DNA from: Candidatus Poseidoniaceae archaeon
GTDB taxonomy: Archaea > Thermoplasmatota > Poseidoniia > Poseidoniales > Poseidoniaceae
Direction: 5' to 3'
Length of the DNA stretch: 64,000 nt
Assembly: GCA_965662895.1 (NCBI GenBank)
Contig: CBFIJH010000011.1
Location: forward strand, 9,920-73,919
Part shown: piece after piece, positions 29,856 to 38,488 of the stretch
Position numbering within the stretch: position 1 is the stretch's first letter
Layout of the letters: each line of letters opens with the position of its first letter
Program-made: the position numbers and the translations under genes
The notes under the pieces: model-generated
What the model saw: the letters and a program-made list of their open reading frames with translations, nothing else
Databases searched by the model: none
What the model was told of the DNA's origin: nothing

Positions 29856-30138
29856 TCAGACTCTAACCATTGAGCGTGTCAATCATTATCTTTCAATCAC
29901 GAAACAAGCAAGAGCAAAGGCAACACCAATGGCATCAACCCCGAATGAGGAGTTGATGCTCAAAACATTGCTCTCAATGGCGGACGATTACTCGAATGAT
30001 GCTCAATATTTCCTTGATCAAGGCGATCTAATCAGAGCATTTGGAGCGATAAATTACGCCCATGCTTGGATTGATGCAGGGGTGAAACTAAGGCTTCTGG
30101 ATGGCCATGGCGATGACGTTCTTTTCACGCTGCCATAA
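29845..30138 (+). CDS. DUF357 family protein
   Basis: DAQYFLDQGDLIRAFGAINYAHAWIDAG; probable CTG start 6 nt after GGAGGTGA. Confidence 0.8.
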   Translation: MNPNQTLTIERVNHYLSITKQARAKATPMASTPNEELMLKTLLSMADDYSNDAQYFLDQGDLIRAFGAINYAHAWIDAGVKLRLLDGHGDDVLFTLP

Positions 30139-30538
30139 AACTGACTTCAACCGTCGGTTCAATGTCAGTTACAAGATTGTTAATTGCATCAACTTTGTTC
30201 AAGATTTCTTTTGCTTGTTTTCTGGCTTTGCTGACAAAAGGTTGGATTGTTTGTTCGAGGGCCATTCGTAATCTGTAGACGTGGGCAGGCCGGCCACGTG
30301 AGGGCTCGGAACGAGGAGCGTAGTGCACGAGATTCATTTCACGCAATTCAGAAATTGCCATACTCACATCAGGTTGACGGATATTGCAACGTTCCTGCAA
30401 TTGTTTCGATGTTGAAGCACCATGTTTGTGCAGGCAAAGCAGAACGCTAGCAGTATTCACGTTTGCTCCGAGTTGAACAAGTCTTTGTCGTAGTTCGTGG
30501 TATTGATTTTGCATGTCTGACGTTGATTCTTCTGGCAT
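30125..30538 (-). CDS. Archaeal wHTH transcriptional regulator (TrmB/MarR-like)
   Basis: TSKQLQERCNIRQPDVSMAISEL...GRPAHVYRL; TATA-like TTTTATAT about 25-30 nt upstream. Confidence 0.85.
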   Translation of the reverse strand: MPEESTSDMQNQYHELRQRLVQLGANVNTASVLLCLHKHGASTSKQLQERCNIRQPDVSMAISELREMNLVHYAPRSEPSRGRPAHVYRLRMALEQTIQPFVSKARKQAKEILNKVDAINNLVTDIEPTVEVSFMAA

Positions 30539-30543
30539 ATATG

Positions 30544-30570
30544 AGAATATATATTGTAGAATATATAAAA
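30544..30570 (-). promoter_or_regulatory. TATA box plus 10-bp direct repeat (AGAATATATA x2) at the regulator promoter
   Basis: Copies at 30544-30553 and 30558-30567; the minus strand reads TTTTATATATTCTacaaTATATATTCT just before the ATG. Confidence 0.55.
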
Positions 30571-30629
30571 CGTCCACCGACGATTAATCGCAAAGACTTG
30601 ACAATGTGGTGTCGGATTATTTGGATTCT

Positions 30630-31004
30630 CTATAGACCATTGACAAGGCGTATCTTTTTGCCTTGAACAATTTCCAAAACTCCAAGTCCTGAATCAAGGA
30701 CCCGGCGCTTCATGTTCGCATCGACGGTCAGTACAGGAATGTTCCTTTGTTTGGCGACTTCCAACAATGCATCGTCAGTGTGCATTTCAGGATATTCAAC
30801 CATGGTTGATCGCTGGAGTAAGAGGTCAAGTATGAGCTTCTTGCCGTGAGGACGGTTTGCATCGAGTTCTTCCAACTCTTCAAGTACCAAATCAAGGAGG
30901 ATGAAGTGAGGGGGGCCAACGACATTCGATAGGGCGACGTCGATGTTGAACGAACCATCAACGAGTGCAACCCAGCCGCAGGCGTCTATGAGCACGTTGC
31001 CCAA
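30630..31004 (-). CDS. PIN-domain protein (Fcf1/Utp24-like)
   Basis: VLIDAC, VLEEL, HTDDALL, VLTVD; typical position downstream of aIF2-gamma. Confidence 0.85.
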   Translation of the reverse strand: MGNVLIDACGWVALVDGSFNIDVALSNVVGPPHFILLDLVLEELEELDANRPHGKKLILDLLLQRSTMVEYPEMHTDDALLEVAKQRNIPVLTVDANMKRRVLDSGLGVLEIVQGKKIRLVNGL

Positions 31005-31013
31005 GAAGTCACC

Positions 31014-32252
31014 TCACTGAATTGTTCCGTGACCGATAAGTCGCCATCGTGCACCAACTCGCCGTGACAGAGAGACACGTTGTCCTTGATCAGCACATAT
31101 AGGAAGTCGAAGTTCCAGATTTGCCTTACCTTTGTCAACACCTCTCACAATGCCAACGGAAGTCGAAGTTGCAACGTTCACCATCAACATCTCATTGTTT
31201 CGAAGTGGATGAATCTTCTCTGGTTGCTCGCCTTCACCAGCAACCATGTTCTTCATCAAGTGTATTTCAATCGCACATTTTGTACGAACTTCAGGTAAAT
31301 CACCTTTCTTCGCAAGAACTTGCCCAGACAGGTTGTCTGCAGTTGTAATCGACGGATCGAGGAGTGTTCCAAAACCACACAATCCTCCAGCAGCCATTTC
31401 ATCTCTCTTTCCACCACCACCTTGCATGCTTGTGATGGTCGTATGAATCGGTTCCCAGTGTGACTTGTTTCCTTTCTCGATTTTTCGACCAGGACCAATG
31501 ATGATTTCATCACCTTCTCGGAAGGTCCCTTCAACGATCGAACCGCCGATAACCCCTCCACTTAATTTTGAAGGCCGTGTCCCTGGTCGGTTGACGTCAA
31601 ATGAACGGGCGATGTGCATGACAGCCCGCTCATCTGAATCCCTATCGGGTGTTGGAATTGTCTCCTGAATCGCCTCGATGAGGACATCGAGATTGACATC
31701 GTGGTGTGCTGAAACAGGAATGATTGGGGCATCTTCAGCGATGGAACCATTGAGGAATGTTTTGATCTCGTTGTAGGATTCCATGGCACGTTCTCTCGTC
31801 ACCAAGTCGATTTTGTTCTGAACGATGACGATGTTCTTGATTCCTGCGATTTCCAAGGCCATCAGGTGCTCACGTGTTTGGGGTTGTGGACATTTTTCGT
31901 TTGCTGCAACCATCAACATTGCTCCATCCATGATGGATGCACCTGTGATCATAATCGCCATCAGTGTCTCGTGCCCAGGAGCATCGACAAAGGATACGAC
32001 GCGTTGAAGTTCAGATTCAACATCATCTCCACCTTCAGGGCGGCGACCTGTTGCATAGTACTTGCCAGAATCAGTTTTGTAAAATGCAGTGTCTGCATAT
32101 CCGAGTTTGATTGAGATGCCACGACGACGTTCTTCCGAATGCGTGTCTGTCCAGACGCCTGAGAGGGCTTGTGTAAGGGTCGTTTTACCGTGATCGACGT
32201 GGCCGACGAGGCCAATGTTCACTTCAGGTTGGGATGGAAGCGTTCGTGCCAT
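31014..32252 (-). CDS. eif2g: Translation initiation factor aIF2 gamma subunit
   Basis: QPEVNIGLVGHVDHGKTT, DAPGHE, QNKID, RWRLIGHG. Confidence 0.98.
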   Translation of the reverse strand: MARTLPSQPEVNIGLVGHVDHGKTTLTQALSGVWTDTHSEERRRGISIKLGYADTAFYKTDSGKYYATGRRPEGGDDVESELQRVVSFVDAPGHETLMAIMITGASIMDGAMLMVAANEKCPQPQTREHLMALEIAGIKNIVIVQNKIDLVTRERAMESYNEIKTFLNGSIAEDAPIIPVSAHHDVNLDVLIEAIQETIPTPDRDSDERAVMHIARSFDVNRPGTRPSKLSGGVIGGSIVEGTFREGDEIIIGPGRKIEKGNKSHWEPIHTTITSMQGGGGKRDEMAAGGLCGFGTLLDPSITTADNLSGQVLAKKGDLPEVRTKCAIEIHLMKNMVAGEGEQPEKIHPLRNNEMLMVNVATSTSVGIVRGVDKGKANLELRLPICADQGQRVSLSRRVGARWRLIGHGTIQ

Positions 32253-32294
32253 GCTTCCATTCCTCCTTGTTCACCGATTCAACCCTCTCGGGTT

Positions 32295-32810
32295 TCACTC
32301 CGCTGCAGCTTCTTCCTCACCGAGCAATTTGTCGAGGCCAATGTTTCCAGCATCAACAACTTTGAGATTGATTTGACGCGTATCTTGTGTCACCGTGTTT
32401 CCACGGAATACACGTCGCTTACGCATACCTTCTGGCTTGTATCGGAAACGCTTCTTTTCGCCTTTCTTTGTCTTTGAGACGAGATTGTGTCCCTTGAAAC
32501 CAGTTGAAGCAGTGACGAGGATTGCTTGGCGGGAACCACCTTCAAGATCTCGACGCATTGGAGTTCCGGTTTTATCGGATCCACCTGTAATCTCGAGTTT
32601 GTAACCAGTCAGTGTTGACTCTCCTTCGCCAACGAAGATACCATCGATGACATCACCGATTTTCTTACCGAGCAATTGCGCATGGTTGTTGCCGGAAATA
32701 ATCGTCTTGTAGGACGGTGAATAGGTCTTCTCCTTACCGTTCTTGGTGGTACGGGTCAACTTGGTTGTGGTATCGTTGACCACTGCAACAAATGAATTTC
32801 CATCAGCCAT
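32295..32810 (-). CDS. rps6e: 30S ribosomal protein S6e
   Basis: GKKIGDVIDG, LEITGGSDKTGTPMR, GMRKRRVFRGN, QINLKV. Confidence 0.95.
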   Translation of the reverse strand: MADGNSFVAVVNDTTTKLTRTTKNGKEKTYSPSYKTIISGNNHAQLLGKKIGDVIDGIFVGEGESTLTGYKLEITGGSDKTGTPMRRDLEGGSRQAILVTASTGFKGHNLVSKTKKGEKKRFRYKPEGMRKRRVFRGNTVTQDTRQINLKVVDAGNIGLDKLLGEEEAAAE

Positions 32811-32877
32811 GAAGCATTCCTCTAGCAACCTAGCGACAAACGACCCCTATTTAGCCTCACCGCATGCTATTTGTTCG

Positions 32878-34062
32878 TCAGCGCTTCAGTTTCTTTGCAA
32901 CTCGGCCTTCAATCCGTGCTGCAACATCCACAGGGAGAGCATGAGGCATGGAGATGTGAGTTGTTCGCCCTCTGCCTTCACCGATTGTATCCACACGCGT
33001 TGCGATGATGTTCAGGGCTTCGATTTGCTTCAAGAATTTCCAAATGGTTGTATGACTGCGGGGTTTAATCTCGTACTCTTCACAAATAACCGCGTAGATG
33101 GACTCAACATCTTTGCTTGTCATGAATTCTGCTTTTCGCAATCGCCGACAAATTCCGAGCAAAACAAGCATTGCGTGACCCGATAATTCGTCAAGGACGT
33201 CCTCAGGCATCACTTGAGGAACATCTCTTGCTTTGGTTTGGACGTGTTCAGGCATGATGCTTTTCTGACCATCCGATTCGGCATGCTCGACAGCAGCCCC
33301 AAGCAGTTCAATGACTTGTCGAGCATCTCCAGACGGAGCAGCAGAGGTTGCGATAAGTCTCAAGATATCCTCGTTCCATGATTTGGGGTTCAGTGCCTGC
33401 TCCGCACGCTGACGTGCAATGGCAAGGAGCCCTTTCATGTCGTAAGGTGGGATAGGAATGTGATTGGTGTGACCAAATCGGGAAATGACGGCATTTTCGA
33501 GGACGTCAAGAACCTGCTCTTGGCTGATAAGGATGAGTGAAAGCGTTCCACTACCTTCTTGATCTTCATCAATTCGCAGCAGCTGGTAAATGAGATCGTT
33601 CCCCGATTTCCGTAGCAGATGATCGACTTCGTCCAAAACCACAATCAAATGGCGTCCATTGCTTTTCAGCATCTTTCTGAGACTACCCAACAATTCTCCC
33701 ATTGAAAGCCCGCGGTCGGGGTGGCCAGGATCGAGCGACTGAACAATGCGTTGTGCGACACGAACGTTTGTTGTTGCGTTTCGACAATTGATGTGAACGC
33801 TTTGAAGGGGGCGTTTGTTTCGCAGATGATATCGGATATCGCGACAAAACGTTCGGGCTAGAAGCGTCTTTCCGCTCCCGACTGGTCCAGTGATGACGAC
33901 ATTTGAGCTCCCGTTCGGATGAGCAATTGAATGGAATTTTGCTGCAAGCGTTTCTTGAATTGCCTCACGACCAACCATCACTTCGGGAATGTAATCGAAG
34001 TCAAGTGGGTCTGGATTCAAAAGAATAAACCCAGAACCAATTCGGTCAAGATAGTCGCTCAT
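32878..34062 (-). CDS. cdc6: Orc1/Cdc6 replication initiation protein
   Basis: LDFDYIP, GPVGSGKT, VLDEVD, GDARQ, C-terminal wHTH with GRGRT. Confidence 0.93.
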   Translation of the reverse strand: MSDYLDRIGSGFILLNPDPLDFDYIPEVMVGREAIQETLAAKFHSIAHPNGSSNVVITGPVGSGKTLLARTFCRDIRYHLRNKRPLQSVHINCRNATTNVRVAQRIVQSLDPGHPDRGLSMGELLGSLRKMLKSNGRHLIVVLDEVDHLLRKSGNDLIYQLLRIDEDQEGSGTLSLILISQEQVLDVLENAVISRFGHTNHIPIPPYDMKGLLAIARQRAEQALNPKSWNEDILRLIATSAAPSGDARQVIELLGAAVEHAESDGQKSIMPEHVQTKARDVPQVMPEDVLDELSGHAMLVLLGICRRLRKAEFMTSKDVESIYAVICEEYEIKPRSHTTIWKFLKQIEALNIIATRVDTIGEGRGRTTHISMPHALPVDVAARIEGRVAKKLKR

Positions 34063-34130
34063 GCTGTGTACATCTTGACGCCAACCGTTCTTGAACACTC
34101 GCTCGTCCTCGAACGAAAACGAGTCAAACT

Positions 34131-35240
34131 TCAGGGGATTTCATCGAACTGGTATCCAAGTTCCCACTTCTTTTCCCCAAGTGCGACTTCGAGCTCAAAT
34201 GGAGTGAGAAGGGGCTTGGCATACTTCACGGCGTCGTCGATGGCGATTCGTGGGCATGCAGTGTTCACAAAAGCATCAACAGGATAGAAATCAATCAATT
34301 CGGGCCCAACATGTTCAAGCGCAAGAAGGTAGCCCTTCTTTCCGTGTTTTTCGAGCAATCGTTTCATCCGCAACGCAAGTGTTCTTCGCATTTGGCCCGG
34401 CTTTTCACCGATGAGAATTCCAAATTTTTGTGCGTCCATTGAAGACATAATCAAGCCAAAACGCTGTCGTAAGATGCGCTCAATCCGTTCAAAGGACATT
34501 TCGATGGCATCGCCAGAATAGGGATCGAGCATGGCAAGTGGTTTGCCCGTGTGAAGTACCAAGCCAATCGGGTGAAAATCACCACTCCCAAGAAACAAGT
34601 AATGACCAATTGTGTCATCGTCACCGGAGTAGTTGCATCCAAGCACTTGGCCAGGGAAAGTGAGCCGTGCTCCCCCCATCGGGATGGTGACATCAAAACC
34701 AGCTTGCTCAAGCCTGTCATGAAATTCTGGAAGCAAGTGAAGATGCTGGATGCTCCCGACCAATCCTAATTTTGTATCTTTGAGCGGTGTTAAGCGTCCA
34801 ACTGCATCCATGAATCGTTCTTGAGCCTCTTGTTCGGATACGTTCTCCGCAGGTTGTTCAGCCATTCGATTCTTAGCAATCTCTCGATGTGCATTGAGCA
34901 TCGGAAGGACCGGTGCAAGTTCAGGGTCTCCATCATAGGTGACATCGATAAATTGTGTTGGCATTCCTGAATCGATGTTCATTTGTGAATGTCCCATGTG
35001 TGCAACAAGCTCAACACCCATCATTTTCATCTTGTCATGGACAAGATCGCATGCACCATAACACGGGTCAGCAGCAAGAACAACCTTGGCACCTGAACCG
35101 GTTTCAATTTCATCCATCATTTCAAGTGCTTGCATCTTCAAACCTTCAGGCACTTGAAGCGCAACAAGTCGGTTATCGTTCTTCTGTATGCGCTCAATCA
35201 ATTCTTCAAGTTGGAAGTCATGTCGGTCCAAATCCATCAT
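34131..35240 (-). CDS. dph2: Diphthamide biosynthesis radical-SAM-type enzyme Dph2
   Basis: LQVPEGLK, PCYGACD, GQVLGC, TACPRIAIDD. Confidence 0.95.
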   Translation of the reverse strand: MMDLDRHDFQLEELIERIQKNDNRLVALQVPEGLKMQALEMMDEIETGSGAKVVLAADPCYGACDLVHDKMKMMGVELVAHMGHSQMNIDSGMPTQFIDVTYDGDPELAPVLPMLNAHREIAKNRMAEQPAENVSEQEAQERFMDAVGRLTPLKDTKLGLVGSIQHLHLLPEFHDRLEQAGFDVTIPMGGARLTFPGQVLGCNYSGDDDTIGHYLFLGSGDFHPIGLVLHTGKPLAMLDPYSGDAIEMSFERIERILRQRFGLIMSSMDAQKFGILIGEKPGQMRRTLALRMKRLLEKHGKKGYLLALEHVGPELIDFYPVDAFVNTACPRIAIDDAVKYAKPLLTPFELEVALGEKKWELGYQFDEIP

Positions 35241-35818
35241 ATCACCTCATCAATGAGCGCAACGGTGCCCTCAATCATTTCTACTCGTACGAGCGATGAA
35301 ATTTCAATGTGCGGGTACTTCTCCTGCAACAGTTTCAAACCAGGACCTTTTTCGACGACGACGATGATTGATTCAATGCTGGCTCCAATGGCTTCGACAC
35401 CGTTGATGATTGCTTCAAGTGTTCCGCCAGTCGAAAGAACGTCGTCGACAATGAGGATACGCTCTCCCTCGTTGATATCGTTAAGGAACATCGAACCTTT
35501 GGAGTAACCTGTTGATTGATCGATAGCAACCTCTCCATCAAGCCCGTAGGAACGCTTTCGGACCACAACCTGAGGTTTGTTGTTCCGCATTGAGAGAGGA
35601 CTCGTAAGCGGTAAGCCCATCGCTTCGATGCCAAGCATTAGGTCGATCGATTCCCAAGCCACTCTTCCCTCGATAAGTTCCACCACCGCTGAGAGAACAT
35701 CAGGGTCGAGGCGGGGGACGCCATCGGTCAACGGGTGGATGAAATACGGATAATCGCCTTTCCATATGATTGGTGCAGCAAGGAGTGACTCCTTTACTCG
35801 CTGCAACGGGCTTGACAT
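35237..35818 (-). CDS. hpt: Purine phosphoribosyltransferase (archaeal Hpt/Apt type)
   Basis: YPYFIHPLTDGVP, EAMGLP, IVDDVLSTGGT. Confidence 0.88.
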   Translation of the reverse strand: MSSPLQRVKESLLAAPIIWKGDYPYFIHPLTDGVPRLDPDVLSAVVELIEGRVAWESIDLMLGIEAMGLPLTSPLSMRNNKPQVVVRKRSYGLDGEVAIDQSTGYSKGSMFLNDINEGERILIVDDVLSTGGTLEAIINGVEAIGASIESIIVVVEKGPGLKLLQEKYPHIEISSLVRVEMIEGTVALIDEVI

Positions 35819-35834
35819 GGTTCCACTTCAGAGT

Positions 35835-36239
35835 TCAAAGTTCCGACAGGTACTCAACGTACTCGTCTGGCTCGAGTAGATTTTCCATGTCAAATTGGAA
35901 CGGTTGCAAGACCAAAATCCAGCCGAGGTCGTAAGCGGACTCGTTGACGAGATCGGGATTGATCTCGACTTCGCCGTTGACTTCTGTAATCGTGCCGGAA
36001 AACGGTGCCGTAAATGCAATTTTGTCATCAGCAGTCCAAAGTGAAAACATGTCTTGTCCTTCATCAACAACAGTTTCAGCTTGCGGCAGGATGATACGAA
36101 GGACGTCTCCGATTTCAACGCCCATAAACTCGCTAATGCCCACCATTATTTTCTCGTCGTCTTTTTCTTGATACCAAAGATGGTCAATCGAGTATTTACG
36201 GTTGTGTGCGATGTTAAATTCAACAACTTCTTCTTCCAA
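35835..36239 (-). CDS. Glycine cleavage H-protein-like paralogue (canonical lipoyl Lys replaced)
   Basis: YSIDHLW, VGIS, APFSGTITEVN, PDLVNESAYDLGW; VESVK site reads LWTAD; TTG start after AGGTGA. Confidence 0.8.
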   Translation of the reverse strand: MEEEVVEFNIAHNRKYSIDHLWYQEKDDEKIMVGISEFMGVEIGDVLRIILPQAETVVDEGQDMFSLWTADDKIAFTAPFSGTITEVNGEVEINPDLVNESAYDLGWILVLQPFQFDMENLLEPDEYVEYLSEL

Positions 36240-36358
36240 GTCATATCACCTATACGCGGCTCAAACATCTCCTATATGAATCATCGCTATTCCTGCAATG
36301 ATATGGCTTTTGCACATTCATTAAGAGAGGGCCCCATTTAGCAAGGAACGGCGAGCGA

Positions 36359-37528
36359 ATGGACTTCAAAGCAACCGATGAACAAGACATGATCCGAGAG
36401 ATGGTACGGGACTTCGCTGAAACTGTTTTGGCACCTACAGTTGAACATCGGGACCAGACCCAGACACCACCGTCTGAAGAATGGAAACAGTTCCTTGAAC
36501 TCGGTCTTCAAGGCGTTACCGTCCCCGAAAAATACGGGGGGATGCCAGTTGATGACATATCCGAATCGATAATCGTCGAAGAATTGGCCCGTATCGACCC
36601 TTCGTTCTCTGTCATGTTTTGCGTCCATGTCGGATTGTGTGCGAAAACCATCGCACTTCATGGAGACGAGTATCAAAAAGAAACCTATCTCACTCGTCTC
36701 GCAGAAGGCCATGTAGGTGCATACTCACTTTCTGAAGCGGGGGCAGGAACAGACGCTGCTGCCATGACCTGCAAAGCAAAACTCTCTGAAGATGGTACAC
36801 ACTATATTCTCAACGGCGAGAAGATGTGGGTGACGAACGGTGCACAAGCAAAAATCATTGTTTTGTTTGCCAAGGATGTCGATCATCCAGAATACGGTGT
36901 AAAGAAACACGGTGGAACTACTGCATTCATTGTCGATTCTGAATTTGAAGGATTTTCAGTCGGAAAAAAGGAAGACAAACTTGGAATTCGTTCCTCGGAT
37001 ACATGCACGCTTGTCCTCAAGGAATGTAAGGTTCCAATCGAGAACGTCATCAAGGGTGCAGGGAACGGCTTCCCGATTGCGATGAACGCTCTGGACAACT
37101 CTCGAATTGGAATTGCAGCGCAAGCCCTTGGTATTGCCCAGGGGGCATACGAAGCCTCGTTGAAATATGCGTATGAGCGAGAAGCTTTCGGGAAACCAAT
37201 TGCTCATCATCAAATGATTATGGGATACCTTGCAGATATGGCAACACGGATTGACGCTGCTCGACACCTTGTTTACAAAGCATCATGGTCAAAACAGCAA
37301 CATTACGAACACGATGGACCTCGGCACACGAAGGAGGCGAGTATGGCGAAACTCTACGCAGGTGATACTGCGATGTGGGTTTCAGAGCGAGCAATTCAGA
37401 TTCACGGAGGCTATGGGTACACCAAAGAATTCCCAGTTGAACGGTTCTTTAGAGATGCGAAAATCACACAGATCTATGAAGGGACGCAAGAAGTCCAGCG
37501 GATTGTCGTTGCGCGAAGTCTCCTATAG
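36359..37528 (+). CDS. Acyl-CoA dehydrogenase (short/branched-chain type)
   Basis: LSEAGAGTD, LNGEKMWVTNG, KLGIRSS, QIHGGYGY, IYEGTQEVQR. Confidence 0.95.
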   Translation: MDFKATDEQDMIREMVRDFAETVLAPTVEHRDQTQTPPSEEWKQFLELGLQGVTVPEKYGGMPVDDISESIIVEELARIDPSFSVMFCVHVGLCAKTIALHGDEYQKETYLTRLAEGHVGAYSLSEAGAGTDAAAMTCKAKLSEDGTHYILNGEKMWVTNGAQAKIIVLFAKDVDHPEYGVKKHGGTTAFIVDSEFEGFSVGKKEDKLGIRSSDTCTLVLKECKVPIENVIKGAGNGFPIAMNALDNSRIGIAAQALGIAQGAYEASLKYAYEREAFGKPIAHHQMIMGYLADMATRIDAARHLVYKASWSKQQHYEHDGPRHTKEASMAKLYAGDTAMWVSERAIQIHGGYGYTKEFPVERFFRDAKITQIYEGTQEVQRIVVARSLL

Positions 37529-38446
37529 ATACCGAAACGTTGTGGCGCCAAGCACGGCTCGTTTTCGACCTGTGTTCCAGTCGCAGATTTGTGCTTCCGC
37601 CTCGATGGTATGATTCTGTTGAAACTTCAGTGCGTTTTCCGTTGCTTCGGAAGGAAGTCTCAATTCAACCTCATAGCCGTGTTCACCATGAAGCCTGCCA
37701 ATTACGGTCACCCCGTTCTTGAGTGGTCCCGTTCCGACAAGTGTTTTCTCTATGGAATCGATTTGTACAGAACATGGTTGGATCGGTGATTGTGAAATTG
37801 CATGACGGCGCTCACTCGTAAGTTTCATGCCTTCAAGCAATTCAATAAATTGGGTGTGATCAATGGGTGTTCCATCCTCGTTGAGTAAAAGAGCATCAGG
37901 TTTGTTTCTTTCCGCCTCTTCTTGCTTTGCTTTTTCAGCGGCCTCTCGTTCAGCGGCTTCTTTCGCTTGTTGCTCTTCAAGCAAGCGTTGCTTCTCAGCT
38001 TCCTCTTGGCGAATACGTTCTTCTGCAAGTCGTCGAGCCTCTTCTTCAAGTTCTTTGTCAAGTTCTTGGAACTCATCTTGCTCAGGCTCGGGGTTTTCGA
38101 CCTCTTCTATTCCACTGGGCAACCCAATTGTTTCGAAATATGTGTGAAGGTCCGCCACAGTGACAGACCCATCCTTATCCATATCAAGAACGGACATGAG
38201 ACCGTTGATGACCCAGCCTGGTGGTTGGGTTCCAGTGGTCTTTTCAAGCGCGCTTGTGAGTTCCGTCGGCTGGATAACAGCATCCATATTCGAATCGATC
38301 ATTTTGATGATCTCTGCTCCGGTCAATCCTGACCCAAGAAGCCAACTCGTGAATTGTGTATTCAACTGACCAATCATCGGATTGGTTGCAACCATTTCCT
38401 GAATGTGTTGATTCATTTTTGCTTGTAGCGCTTGTTTGACAGCCAT
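37523..38446 (-). CDS. EF-hand pair protein with charged coiled coil and C-terminal beta (OB-like) domain
   Basis: Loops DSNMDAVIQPTE and DMDKDGSVTVAD; E/R/A-rich coil. Confidence 0.65.
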   Translation of the reverse strand: MAVKQALQAKMNQHIQEMVATNPMIGQLNTQFTSWLLGSGLTGAEIIKMIDSNMDAVIQPTELTSALEKTTGTQPPGWVINGLMSVLDMDKDGSVTVADLHTYFETIGLPSGIEEVENPEPEQDEFQELDKELEEEARRLAEERIRQEEAEKQRLLEEQQAKEAAEREAAEKAKQEEAERNKPDALLLNEDGTPIDHTQFIELLEGMKLTSERRHAISQSPIQPCSVQIDSIEKTLVGTGPLKNGVTVIGRLHGEHGYEVELRLPSEATENALKFQQNHTIEAEAQICDWNTGRKRAVLGATTFRYL

Positions 38447-38488
38447 TCAATCGCTCCCTGACCTGCTCGGTACACGCAGACTAATCGG

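Noticed and set aside
30630-31004. PIN protein plus neighbouring HTH considered as a VapBC toxin-antitoxin pair
   Set aside because: PIN downstream of aIF2-gamma and S6e is a conserved archaeal arrangement (Fcf1-like), and the HTH gene has its own promoter.
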